Shown here: piece after piece, positions 46,482 through 58,465 of the stretch | Numbering within the stretch: position 1 is the stretch's first letter | Layout of the letters: the number at the start of each line of letters is the position of its first letter | Source: Candidatus Thalassarchaeaceae archaeon | GTDB taxonomy: Archaea > Thermoplasmatota > Poseidoniia > Poseidoniales > Thalassarchaeaceae | DNA length: 64,000 nucleotides | NCBI GenBank assembly: GCA_030749075.1 | Contig: JASMKR010000042.1 | Location: forward strand, 14,972 to 78,971 | Direction: 5' to 3' | Translations under genes and position numbers: made by a program | The notes under the pieces: generated by a model | The model's input: only the letters and a program-made list of their open reading frames with translations | Database searches by the model: none | What the model was told of the DNA's origin: nothing

Positions 46482-47303
46482 ATGAACATGATACCAAACG
46501 GTGAAATCAGGGTTCCAACACGGGAAACCGTAATGACGGAGATTGAAATGATCGCCCCGAAGTTGAAGAATGGGCTCACCGAAAGGCGGCGTGAGGTGAA
46601 GATTTCAAAAATTCTCGCAAGCATCGCCGGGGGTTACCTGCTCCTCTGCTTTATCGCGCCTGCCACACTCCCCCCCGGTACGATTCCCGAACTATCGGGA
46701 AGGGCGAATGCCATCGACTATGCCAATCACAACAGTTGGGGCAATAGGGACCATGTCGAAGGGTCGTCACTCGGGCATGACCAGTCCCTCCATGGGGGTA
46801 GCTTCGCTTGGACCGATCTCAATCCTGCTTGGGCCGTGGTATACGCAATAGGGGATCTCAACTGCCACCAGAAGCATCAGAGGTCCTGGGAAGTAAGCGG
46901 CAATCAGATGCCAGTTTGCGTTAGGGACGTCGGAATATTGCTTGGCTTCGCTATCGGGTGCGCGATTTTCGGATATAGGGGGTTGAACAGGTGGACGGTT
47001 CGTGACACCTTTCTCTCAGTCTTGCCCGATGATCGCCTTACCGCCCTCTATGCTGGGGACTCGAGGCTGATTGCAGTGGCCGTGATAATGTTCATTGGAA
47101 TAGTTCCAATGGCAATCGACGGTTTCACTCAATTACTCATGGAGTCATACGAGTCCACAAACCCAGTCAGACTAGTCACGGGCTTCGCTGCCGGGCTCGT
47201 CGCCGGGTGGTGGTTTACCTCAGCTTTCGCCGCAAGGCCGAAATTCTTCGAGGGGGCGAGCGAAGTGGCCCTCCCAGCCAATGCTAGGCTCGTTATCAAG
47301 TAG
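46482..47303 (+). CDS. DUF2085-like polytopic membrane protein
   Basis: Motif CHQKHQRSW...MPVCVRDVGI with about 5-6 TM helices. Confidence 0.6.
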   Translation: MNMIPNGEIRVPTRETVMTEIEMIAPKLKNGLTERRREVKISKILASIAGGYLLLCFIAPATLPPGTIPELSGRANAIDYANHNSWGNRDHVEGSSLGHDQSLHGGSFAWTDLNPAWAVVYAIGDLNCHQKHQRSWEVSGNQMPVCVRDVGILLGFAIGCAIFGYRGLNRWTVRDTFLSVLPDDRLTALYAGDSRLIAVAVIMFIGIVPMAIDGFTQLLMESYESTNPVRLVTGFAAGLVAGWWFTSAFAARPKFFEGASEVALPANARLVIK

Positions 47304-47309
47304 TCTGAT

Positions 47310-48650
47310 TCACTTCCCCAACCACCATTCAATCAGCTCATCCTCGTCATTCGGTGGTGATTGGCCGTCAATGCCACAACCAAGGAGCGAGAGTCGGGAG
47401 ATGGCGGCATGAACAGATGAGCCATGCCCTCCCGTTCTGATGATTTGCCCCAAGGAGAAGCGTAGATGGGTTTTGGGATTGGAAAGTTGCCATCTCCTGA
47501 GGGCCTCTCGGAACGGCCAGATTGCGAGCAGCAGCCTCCCATAGGAAAAGTGCTCCTCCTTCAACTGAGAACGGGGTGCCTCCCTTCCAATCAGCGTCTT
47601 GTGCTGGGACAGCCACTCGGAACTATCGTGTAGGAACTTGACGATTCTTTGGGAATGCCGTTCGGAAACGCATCTCACGGGACCCATTGCTGAACGGAGC
47701 TCGGAGATGTCGGCAGTATGGACCAGTGAGAAGGTCCCACAAATGGAAGACATTGAGTGATTCAGGATATTCTTGGGCATTTCTAGAATATTCCCCCCTG
47801 TTGCAGAGGCGAGGATCTCTCCATGCCTCTCCTGAGCGGACTTCAGTACCTTCCAAGGGGTCTCGCCATCGAGCCAATCTGACTTTTTCTTGGCTGGCTT
47901 GACGCCTAAATCGGCGAGTGTGCTTTGCCCCATTGAGAGTCTCAATAGTTGCCTGATCTGATACTGGTCAACGGCCTCGAGGTCTACGTTGATAGGCATC
48001 GGTCTCCTGTGCAGAAAGGCCCGGATGCCTTCGATGAGTCTGCTACGGAACTCCTTCTCGGTGCCTTCGTTCGGGATTGGCCCGAGAATCGCGCCCATGT
48101 CGAATGGGGTCGGCATTTCCACACCCCCCGAAAGTAGGGATTGATACCCCTCCCTTATCTTAGATTGGAACTCCGTAGTCTCGAAGTACTCCTCCTTGTT
48201 CGAGACCCCCCTTAGCGTCTCATCCTTTATTCTCCTCATTGCCAGTTCCGGTTCACAATCTACCCAGATGCATAGATCGGGAACCAAAGCAGCAGCATTC
48301 ATGTGCGCAACCCTGCTAACCCCCAAGGAGCCTACTATCCCCTGATAAACAAGAGAGGAGTGGATGTTTCTCTCGCTGACGACGGCCCTTCCCTCTAGAA
48401 GCCTAGGTAGAATCCAGCCGTGGGAATGGTCCAGCCTGTCTGCAGCGAATAGGCCGGCCTCCTGCTCAGGAGTCATCGACCTCTTCCTCACAGAATCGAT
48501 TGCGAGGCGCCCTAGGGCGTGGTCACGCCGCGGTTCGCTAGTAGCCTCTACTGAGGAGAACGAGAACTCGCGTTCCAGCACCTCCGACACAATCTTCGTT
48601 GCCAGACCCTTACCGCTACCATCTCCACCCTCGATTGTGAAAAGATACAT
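47310..48650 (-). CDS. thymidylate-kinase-like P-loop domain fused to a ~240-aa domain of unknown function
   Basis: N-terminal FTIEGGDGSGKG P-loop, AADRLDH (DRx motif) and a lid-like region. Residues after ~205 have no motif I recognise. Confidence 0.65.
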   Translation of the reverse strand: MYLFTIEGGDGSGKGLATKIVSEVLEREFSFSSVEATSEPRRDHALGRLAIDSVRKRSMTPEQEAGLFAADRLDHSHGWILPRLLEGRAVVSERNIHSSLVYQGIVGSLGVSRVAHMNAAALVPDLCIWVDCEPELAMRRIKDETLRGVSNKEEYFETTEFQSKIREGYQSLLSGGVEMPTPFDMGAILGPIPNEGTEKEFRSRLIEGIRAFLHRRPMPINVDLEAVDQYQIRQLLRLSMGQSTLADLGVKPAKKKSDWLDGETPWKVLKSAQERHGEILASATGGNILEMPKNILNHSMSSICGTFSLVHTADISELRSAMGPVRCVSERHSQRIVKFLHDSSEWLSQHKTLIGREAPRSQLKEEHFSYGRLLLAIWPFREALRRWQLSNPKTHLRFSLGQIIRTGGHGSSVHAAISRLSLLGCGIDGQSPPNDEDELIEWWLGK

Positions 48651-48668
48651 GCAAAAACCCTAGTCAGC

Positions 48669-49409
48669 CTATTGGGCGTCCCCCGAAAACTGTTCCTTTG
48701 AAAGGGTAACTAGCCCCATGCCGAGCAGAATCAGCAAGGGGCCGACGAAGATCATCCCCCTACTCCAAAGACCCACAAAGGCCAACCACCATGACCTGCG
48801 GTAGCTTTTCCCCCTATACGCCTCAAATCCACCTATTATTCCAGTAAGTCCGGCAAGTAGGGTCAGGAAGGCTATTGCAGTGGCAATCAAAACCGACTCC
48901 CCGAGATGGCTCTCACCCCTCATGTCGATGGTCTGCTCGCCATCGCCAGGGGTCAGGGTAACGACAATCTGTGCGTGATCGCCGGGAACCATGAATACGC
49001 TGGTAGTGTTGTTTCCAGGATGGCTTACATAAATTATCGATGGTTCTCGAAGAACATCGGCAATGGTGAAGCGTCCATTGGAGTCAGTCAGAGTCTCCTT
49101 CCCTGTCGTCGAGCCATCGTCATTCAGCAGCCTTACTCTGACCCCCTCCACAGGGTCGCCCCCGGTCGTGTTATCGATCAACGCGGAGTTAACGATGCCT
49201 GAGACGTCGGCGTACATGTTGGCAGAATCTAGCCTGCCAGAGAGCACCTCCCCGGGATCAGCGGAAATTAGCATGATTCCTAGTTGGGCCCCCAACAGGC
49301 TACCGAAAACAATGAGGATTGCACCCGCGACCCTGGTAGCCGGGTCAACTGCCATATCTTCCATCAGGTAATCGAGGTCAATACCCTCTTGCTCCTCGCT
49401 CGGGTCCAT
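48669..49409 (-). CDS. membrane protein with an extracytoplasmic carboxypeptidase-regulatory-like beta-sandwich
   Basis: VRVRLLNDDGSTTGKETLTDSNGRFTIADV motif between an N-terminal TM helix and about 3 C-terminal TM helices. Its ATG overlaps the upstream stop by 1 nt (TAATG). Confidence 0.6.
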   Translation of the reverse strand: MDPSEEQEGIDLDYLMEDMAVDPATRVAGAILIVFGSLLGAQLGIMLISADPGEVLSGRLDSANMYADVSGIVNSALIDNTTGGDPVEGVRVRLLNDDGSTTGKETLTDSNGRFTIADVLREPSIIYVSHPGNNTTSVFMVPGDHAQIVVTLTPGDGEQTIDMRGESHLGESVLIATAIAFLTLLAGLTGIIGGFEAYRGKSYRRSWWLAFVGLWSRGMIFVGPLLILLGMGLVTLSKEQFSGDAQ

Positions 49410-50392
49410 TATGGCATCTCCGATGACTGCTCTGCCGCACTGGGGGGCGACGGCTGTTGATGTTTTAGACGACGCCCGATCAGGATAATGAACAGAATGA
49501 GGATGGCGGGAGTGAAATTTCTCTCCAACAGCGAGGCTGTGGGAGGATGCTGTCGCCCTATCTCAGTGCTCGCGTTCTGGTCGTTAGTAGGATTGGATTC
49601 GAAACTTACCAAGTACATCTCCGTCCAATTCTTCCCGGTGATCCAGAAAGCATCTGCCCCCTGATCGTATGCTATTCCATTGAGGACCTCGTTCTTCGTT
49701 TCCCCTTGATTGGCAGCAAGGGATGATGCCGAGACGTGGAACTCAACTATGCCAGAGGAGGAGTTGATTGCAATGATTCGGTCTTGGCCCCAAACGTTTG
49801 CGTATACCGTGCTGCCAACGCACTCCAACTCGTTCAGACGGTTTACCTCTTCGTCGTTCGATAATACAGTTACCGACCGAATCACCTCAAAGGTGAGGGG
49901 GTCGCGGAAAGAAAGTTCTGAGGAGCCATTTGACATGACCAAGTATTCACCATCAAAACAAATGCCCCATCCCTCGCCCTCGTAACTGAGATTGTAGATC
50001 AGGGACAGGGATCCTAGATCGAAAACAAATGCTCTGCCACTCTTCCATGTTAGCATGATGACGGAGCTATCGAAAATAGTGATTCCCTCGCCGAAATATG
50101 CGTCGTCAACAACCACCTCGCGAAGCACGTCACCGGTAACCTGATCCAGTTCCCTCAATCCTGAATGGCCGTAGAGCCCGGTGCTCTCGAGAATCGTGTT
50201 TTCGTTAACCTCCAACCCCTGAGTGAATGCAGTAGGGTCATGGGGTATCGTCTCAATCAGAACTAACTCACGCTCCTCTACCAACTCGTTGGAATCCGTG
50301 GCATCGACGGGCATAGCAAACGACATGATTAGCAGGAAGGCCGCGAGTAGTCTGGACCATACCCGCCCGCGCATGTACGAACGATGCTCCAT
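49409..50392 (-). CDS. glutaminyl-peptide cyclotransferase (beta-propeller, plant/bacterial type), signal peptide plus C-terminal TM anchor
   Basis: IPHDPTAFTQGLEV, ESTGLYGHSGLRELD, FGEGIT, LTWKSG, GEGWGI and NELECV...YANVW match the Glu_cyclase_2 consensus. ATG 50392 (MEHRSYM) is chosen over the ORF start at 50665. Confidence 0.8.
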   Translation of the reverse strand: MEHRSYMRGRVWSRLLAAFLLIMSFAMPVDATDSNELVEERELVLIETIPHDPTAFTQGLEVNENTILESTGLYGHSGLRELDQVTGDVLREVVVDDAYFGEGITIFDSSVIMLTWKSGRAFVFDLGSLSLIYNLSYEGEGWGICFDGEYLVMSNGSSELSFRDPLTFEVIRSVTVLSNDEEVNRLNELECVGSTVYANVWGQDRIIAINSSSGIVEFHVSASSLAANQGETKNEVLNGIAYDQGADAFWITGKNWTEMYLVSFESNPTNDQNASTEIGRQHPPTASLLERNFTPAILILFIILIGRRLKHQQPSPPSAAEQSSEMP

Positions 50393-50441
50393 CGATGTTA
50401 AAATACGTCCTCGGACCGTTTGCTGAAGGTACTCGGACGGA

Positions 50442-53400
50442 GTGTTGTTAATGCGGGATGGCGCTGAAACGACCCCAGTGCCATTGTCCTTGTTGATCAT
50501 TGCCACCATGGTCGTAGCCAGTTTCGGCCCACTGGTTGCTTCAGAGCCGTTCGAAGGAAATTCTGAGACATCTAGCATGGCGGACGGTCTTTCGGGATTC
50601 GAGCCCACTATTGAGGGCAAGCAGTACATGTTCAGCGAGAGCGAAATCCCCCGCTTCTCAGCCACGACATACCTGAAGAAACAATGGATTGAGGACGGTT
50701 ATCCCGGAGTAATTCTTCCATTCAGCCCAAGCTACCATTACTCGAGGCACTATGCTAGAAGCTGTGAGGAGGCCTGGTCTGTTGATGACACCGGCAATAT
50801 CACGACTCCCGATGGCACGATCTCGTTCACGGTCAAGAAAATCTCTGCCAATGCAGCAATTCTCGTCGAGGACGGGGCGGTGATTTCATCCACGACACTG
50901 AATGACATTACCGCAACATGGGAGTCGATAATCTACCCGACGGACACGAATTACTTCGGGGACACCCCGGACGTCGACAATAATTGCCAGATCGAGATCG
51001 TCATACACGCTGTGGACGGACCCGGTGGAACTGGGGGTTACTTCCAACCCGGAATCTCCGCACTGCGAGAATCTCTGTTCGTCGACGTTGATGACCTGGA
51101 TGGTCGAAACGCAATCCTAGCCCATGAGCTCGAGCATCTGATCCACAATGCATGGGATCCTTTTGAGTACATCTGGATTGACGAGGGCGCGGCCGACTTG
51201 GCAACCTACTTGTGCTTTGGAATTGATGGTACCCTATCCGACCACGCCAACAACTGGGCCATGAACACCAGCCTTGGCCTGAGGTGGTGGAACCAGAGGG
51301 CAGCCGATTATGGGGCCGGCTTCCTGTTCATGTTATACCTCGCTGACAAGCTCGGAGGTGCCCCTTCAATTCGCAGTCTGATTGCCGACACATCCCTTGG
51401 AGGAGATGGAATCGAGGACCTGGCTAGAAATCCTGGGCCCGGATCGACCCAGATTGGCAGTACGATGAGCGAGATTTTTGCGAACTTTAGCGCCGCAGTC
51501 ACTTTAGACAGCCCCCAAGGGGCGTTTGGCTTTTCGGACCTCGAGATGAATGATGAATGCTCGTCCGATTACGTGTGCAAGGCGAGATCAAGTGGATCAA
51601 ATCAACAATGGTCTGAGAATTGGCAGTCGGCAGGACACACCATAGAAGGGTGGGGGCTCAGATCTTACAGATTCACACAAGGCACAGGCGACCCACTCAA
51701 CTTGATGGTGCAACCAGACCGTTTCGGTTTCGAAGGTGCAATCCTAATCAGGGAGGCGGCGACTGGTACATGGACCATGAGCGAACTGAGGGTCGATTCC
51801 ACAACGGGAATCGGCACGGGGCTCATACACGGTTTCGGCAACACCACAGCGGAGGTATGGCTGCTCGTATGGTTCAACTCATTGATAGATGACTGTGACT
51901 ACGACTTCGCCAATTGCGGAATCATGCCAGCGGGGTCCTATCCCTCTGGATCAATAACTGTGAACGCGGGCTTGATCACAGAGCCTGCAGAAGTCACAAT
52001 AGATTCCTTGCAGACCTTTGACAGAGATGGCGATTCTCTCCAAGACAGCATCGAAATCGGAATAGAAGTGACCTCCGACGCCTATTACGAGACCTTGGAG
52101 GTGACCTTCGAGGCCTATACTGAAAACGTGCTCACAGATTCACTGATCTTCAACTTAGCCGCAAGCAATAGCGAGCCGGTTTCAAGGGCGATTTGGTTCA
52201 CGCCTTCGTTCACGGGTGAGTGGTCCTTCTCCGTGAGGATTAGGGACATCACCGGAGGACTGCAGGACGAGGGTTTCTCGCTTCCTGTGCAGATTTACAA
52301 CATGAAGCCCGTTGGCTCCGGGTCCATCTCGACTCCAGCCACCCAGACATGGTTGCCGACCCATATGTTCGGAGGAGGCTACGACACATGGGGATTCGGT
52401 CTTCAAAACGGATCCTTCAATCACAATGAGACCCCATCGTCATACATCTGGGATCTCGGTGACGGAAATGGCTCCAGCCTCAAGAACCCAATTCACCCCT
52501 ACATGGAAGAAGGCGAGTACCAAGTTATTCTGGTCGTTATGGACCGAGGGGGGTACTACTCCGAGGCACAGACCTGGAACATCTCAGTGAATGATTCGTC
52601 GGCCCCGGTTCCAGAGATATCCATAGAGGGGGTGGCAATTACTGGTGAAATTACTTTTCAAACCAATCAGAGAATCCAGTTCTCTGCCAGTAGAACCTCG
52701 GACAATGTCCCAGTTGAGCATCTGACTTTCAACTGGGACTGGGGGGATGGGGAATCAGATTCTGGTGTTGGACTCTACGAAGCGGGACATTCTTGGATTG
52801 ACGGCAATGCAAATGGCACCATCTACTCCATGGGACTGAGCGTGAGCGATGGAACTCATGCTTCCGAACTCACGATTCTGATTCGGATACTCAATCGAGT
52901 CCCCCGGCTAGTCCATGACGGAGTGTTGCAGACTTACACGCTGACACCTCTGAGCATGCCTGAAATTTTCGTCGACGACGACGGTATGATAATGGAACAC
53001 AGATGGGACTTCGAGGGCGGGGTGAATCTAGACGGTACTGGGATGTCACTGACATCTGACTTCTCCGAAACTGCTTCGTTCCTATCCAATCCGACCGTCG
53101 GTTGGCTTGAGCCGGGCATGAAGAACGTGACCCTAGAGGTAAGAGACGACGACGGGAATACTTCGTTTGCCAATCTGCAGGTTGAAGTCCTAAACCAGCG
53201 TCCTGTCGCAATCTTCAATCGGCCCATGGATGGGAATGTTAGAACTGCTTATGTCTTTGAGAGCGAGTCCTTCGATCCGGATGGTGACTCCTCCTACCTT
53301 AGGCATGTTTGGAGCATCTCCGACATGATAGAGGCCATTGAGAACGTCTCCTCCATCAGTAGGTCATTCCTCAACCCTGGACTGTATAGCATTAGTCTGG

Positions 53401-54578
53401 TCGTGATTGACGAACGTGGCCTGGAATCTGCCCCGAAGACATACCTCTTTGGAATAGAAAATCCACTTCCCGTACCAATTCTCTCTTTCAGTTGTCCCAG
53501 CCTCAATGGTTCGATCCTAGATGGAATTCCAGAGGATGAGGCTGGGATAGTGTGGCAGGTCCCACATACAGAAGGAGGGGGGGCCTTCGTCGCGCCCGGG
53601 AATCCAATCAGATTCGATGGGAGGGGCAGCCATGACTCGGATCCTCGATTCTCTGGCAAGACATCAACCGACTCAATGGATCCAGATTGGAACGGCATCG
53701 CCTCGTGGATCTGGGACTTCGGTGACGCAAGCCCTGCAAAACTCGGCCCGATTGTCTGGCACGAGTACGAAAGACCGGGGGCATATATCGTGAGGTTGAC
53801 TGTCACTGACGGATTCGCTGGAGGGGAATCCAATACCACCGAATTGATAGTGCATGTATCCCAATCGCCAAAGATATTGACTACGAACCCCATTTCCTCA
53901 GAATACGTCATAGTAGGAGATAGGGTGAATCTAATCGGGAACGCAACTGACCCTGATTTGGATTATGGAATCACAGCTTGGCTGGATGTTGATGCGAACT
54001 TTGACAGCGACGGAGATGGAGATCAGTCCAGAGACAGGGACATCGATTTAACAGGTTCTCTGGAGATTCGGTGGGATTTGGACGTGTTCACCGATGACGA
54101 CTGCTACAGACTCGAAGGCTGCGATGGTGATTCCAGAAACGACTGGATGACATCGAATCAGACTTGGAGGAAACCAGGGGAGGTCAGGATTTCGATGACC
54201 GCCTGTGATGGAGTCGGGGTTTGCTCATCCAAGGATTACGTCGTGACCGTTCTCTCCATCCAGGAGACTGCGCCGCCAAAGACCCTCTCGGATCTTACTT
54301 GGACTGATTTCATCCCGGATAGGAAGAGCGCTGGGCTGCTCTCACTGGTATCCTTGGTGGCCCTTCTGGGGTGGATGGTGATGAGGCAGAAGGACGATGA
54401 GGAGATCGAAGCGAGGGACCTGATCGAGAGATATGGGGTCGACGAGGTGGAGGCCGAGGGAGGCATCTCCGGGATGGATCAGCACGCCCCGCCGCCACAA
54501 CCAAAATATCTGACCTCCGAGGAGCGGACTAACAAGGAGTCGGGCTACGTCCGTCCAATCAGAACGAGGCGAAGGTAG
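50442..54578 (+). CDS. giant (1378 aa) secreted gluzincin-like metalloprotease domain plus multiple PKD repeats, C-terminal TM anchor
   Basis: HELEHLIHN...WIDEGAAD (HExxH plus downstream Glu). At least four PKD-like units (WDLGDGNGS, WDWGDGESD, WDFGDASPA...). TM helix LLSLVSLVALLGWMVM and a basic tail. Confidence 0.8.
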   Translation: MLLMRDGAETTPVPLSLLIIATMVVASFGPLVASEPFEGNSETSSMADGLSGFEPTIEGKQYMFSESEIPRFSATTYLKKQWIEDGYPGVILPFSPSYHYSRHYARSCEEAWSVDDTGNITTPDGTISFTVKKISANAAILVEDGAVISSTTLNDITATWESIIYPTDTNYFGDTPDVDNNCQIEIVIHAVDGPGGTGGYFQPGISALRESLFVDVDDLDGRNAILAHELEHLIHNAWDPFEYIWIDEGAADLATYLCFGIDGTLSDHANNWAMNTSLGLRWWNQRAADYGAGFLFMLYLADKLGGAPSIRSLIADTSLGGDGIEDLARNPGPGSTQIGSTMSEIFANFSAAVTLDSPQGAFGFSDLEMNDECSSDYVCKARSSGSNQQWSENWQSAGHTIEGWGLRSYRFTQGTGDPLNLMVQPDRFGFEGAILIREAATGTWTMSELRVDSTTGIGTGLIHGFGNTTAEVWLLVWFNSLIDDCDYDFANCGIMPAGSYPSGSITVNAGLITEPAEVTIDSLQTFDRDGDSLQDSIEIGIEVTSDAYYETLEVTFEAYTENVLTDSLIFNLAASNSEPVSRAIWFTPSFTGEWSFSVRIRDITGGLQDEGFSLPVQIYNMKPVGSGSISTPATQTWLPTHMFGGGYDTWGFGLQNGSFNHNETPSSYIWDLGDGNGSSLKNPIHPYMEEGEYQVILVVMDRGGYYSEAQTWNISVNDSSAPVPEISIEGVAITGEITFQTNQRIQFSASRTSDNVPVEHLTFNWDWGDGESDSGVGLYEAGHSWIDGNANGTIYSMGLSVSDGTHASELTILIRILNRVPRLVHDGVLQTYTLTPLSMPEIFVDDDGMIMEHRWDFEGGVNLDGTGMSLTSDFSETASFLSNPTVGWLEPGMKNVTLEVRDDDGNTSFANLQVEVLNQRPVAIFNRPMDGNVRTAYVFESESFDPDGDSSYLRHVWSISDMIEAIENVSSISRSFLNPGLYSISLVVIDERGLESAPKTYLFGIENPLPVPILSFSCPSLNGSILDGIPEDEAGIVWQVPHTEGGGAFVAPGNPIRFDGRGSHDSDPRFSGKTSTDSMDPDWNGIASWIWDFGDASPAKLGPIVWHEYERPGAYIVRLTVTDGFAGGESNTTELIVHVSQSPKILTTNPISSEYVIVGDRVNLIGNATDPDLDYGITAWLDVDANFDSDGDGDQSRDRDIDLTGSLEIRWDLDVFTDDDCYRLEGCDGDSRNDWMTSNQTWRKPGEVRISMTACDGVGVCSSKDYVVTVLSIQETAPPKTLSDLTWTDFIPDRKSAGLLSLVSLVALLGWMVMRQKDDEEIEARDLIERYGVDEVEAEGGISGMDQHAPPPQPKYLTSEERTNKESGYVRPIRTRRR

Positions 54579-55501
54579 TGAGGGTTTCTAGAAGGCACGA
54601 TATCAGAATCGCCGCATTGCCCATGACTATCATTGCCGTGATGATCGCTGGCGCTCTGTCATCAGTTCCGGCAACCTCCGCTAACAGCTCTTGCGATGTT
54701 TCCCCAAGCAGCGACTGGTCGCAGAGTGTGCCCGGAGACTACATCGAGGTCTCCACCGTAGACGATGGTGGTGGTTTTGAGGGAATTTTCGGTTATGGGT
54801 CTCCGGGTAATTCTCTCAAGCCATTGGAGAGGGGCCTCAGCACCGAGTGGTCTGACGGTACATGGTCGGGATTCCAGGGGGTTGCGGTGATGAATGACAG
54901 CGCCACGACACTGAGCATGGTGCTTATCCCGGGATATCTTTACACCTTCTGCATAGATTTCAGCCACAGCGGCGGCTCGGCAGCATCAGAGGCCCGAGGC
55001 GACATATACCTGATGACCGATCAAAACTATGGAATGTACACTAGCGAGTATGATTTTAGGGGCTTGGACGATTATAATATTGACATGGTACCGGTCGAAT
55101 GGAGGGACATGTCGACGTGGTTGCCTTTCAGGGATTCGCATGCCTATGAGTCCGTAGGTTATGAGGAGTTCTCCGTGGCCATTGACTCGACCGGGACTGC
55201 ATGGTCCTCGCTCGGCTTACAGGATGGATCCCCCTATCAGGTGTATCACCTGGTTCTTGACGGATGGGACAACAGCAGAGTCGCAGATTCAGGTGCAACA
55301 GGGGGGACCATGAACGTCGAGATACTAATCGACGTTGAAGAGCGCCAGACTTTACCGAACTACACCGCATACATGCTAATCGGGGCGTTGCCTCTGTCCT
55401 GCATCATTATCCCCCTGATTCTCCACAGCAGGTATCATTCCACAGCCCAAACCAGCGAAGGGGAGGAGATGCGGGAAGTGCCGTATCTCAGGGATGGGTG
55501 A
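54578..55501 (+). CDS. membrane-anchored extracytoplasmic protein, unknown function, translationally coupled to the giant metalloprotease gene
   Basis: The GTG start overlaps the upstream TAG (TAGTG). N-terminal SRRHDIRIAALPMTIIAVMIAGALS and a C-terminal TM helix. Confidence 0.55.
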   Translation: MRVSRRHDIRIAALPMTIIAVMIAGALSSVPATSANSSCDVSPSSDWSQSVPGDYIEVSTVDDGGGFEGIFGYGSPGNSLKPLERGLSTEWSDGTWSGFQGVAVMNDSATTLSMVLIPGYLYTFCIDFSHSGGSAASEARGDIYLMTDQNYGMYTSEYDFRGLDDYNIDMVPVEWRDMSTWLPFRDSHAYESVGYEEFSVAIDSTGTAWSSLGLQDGSPYQVYHLVLDGWDNSRVADSGATGGTMNVEILIDVEERQTLPNYTAYMLIGALPLSCIIIPLILHSRYHSTAQTSEGEEMREVPYLRDG

Positions 55502-55502
55502 A

Positions 55503-56303
55503 CTAAGCGTACTCTAGCAGGGACCACGCCGTCTGAAGGTCCGAAGCATTGATCCTGCCTTGCTGCGCGAGGTGCCATCCCGATTCGGTAGTGGTGTAAA
55601 CCATGAACTGATCGAGCAAGGGGGCGTGAATTCGTGTCCAGTCCCCCCCCGGTCCCAAACCCATTAGAGCAGTATTGATTCCCGAATCCCTCAACTCCCA
55701 CGCCGCCTCGAAGATTCTCAGTCCCTCCGCCCTATTCGTAGTCCCATAGCACGCCTTGATGATTTCCCCAAGATCTTGGTTGTCCATAATCTCCTGGGCA
55801 ATAGCAGATGAAGTGGGAGTCCCTTCGATGGAGTGCATCGAGGCAATGACCCCAGTCCCATCTCGGGTCAGTCCCACTAACTCATCCCTAATCGACTTGG
55901 AAATGTCGGATTCAATATCGACCCATCGAGGCCCGTGTACAATTGCGGCTCTGAGAACCTCAATTCGTTGAGTCTCGTTTCCCGGATAGAACCCACCCTG
56001 CCTCTCAGGTCTGCATGCAATCGCCATTGGGAGATCGGTGGCTTCCACGATAGTGGACAAGGCCGAATCCAAATCGACCGCATCCAGATCGAGTTGTCTA
56101 ATCTCTACCTCATTTCCAGCGCCATTGCCGTCCCACCCCTCATCGGAACTGGACTTGGCTTGCACACTGTGCTCGGTCGTCCAGAGAAGATCGAGTCGAG
56201 CTTCGACTGCATCGGCGCCAGCGGCTTTTGCGACCACGGCATCACTAGCCATCTCGTCAGCCGTCCGACCACTAAGGGTTACGCATACGAGGGGTCGATT
56301 CAT
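55503..56303 (-). CDS. aroD: 3-dehydroquinate dehydratase, type I
   Basis: VCVTLSG...ADAVEARLDLL N-terminus, ASMHS and IIKACYG (Schiff-base Lys region). There is an acidic/Gly insertion after strand 2. Confidence 0.75.
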   Translation of the reverse strand: MNRPLVCVTLSGRTADEMASDAVVAKAAGADAVEARLDLLWTTEHSVQAKSSSDEGWDGNGAGNEVEIRQLDLDAVDLDSALSTIVEATDLPMAIACRPERQGGFYPGNETQRIEVLRAAIVHGPRWVDIESDISKSIRDELVGLTRDGTGVIASMHSIEGTPTSSAIAQEIMDNQDLGEIIKACYGTTNRAEGLRIFEAAWELRDSGINTALMGLGPGGDWTRIHAPLLDQFMVYTTTESGWHLAQQGRINASDLQTAWSLLEYA

Positions 56304-56425
56304 CCGGAGAAGCGACCGAAGTTGCCTGTTTAACCGTGTCGAGAGGGGAATAAGCTAAATTGAAGCGGAAACTGCCTATTTCACGGTATCTATACCAATA
56401 TTGGACAATTTATTGGTAGGGTTGA

Positions 56426-58456
<2,031 letters not shown>

Positions 58457-58465
58457 GGTGGTTTT

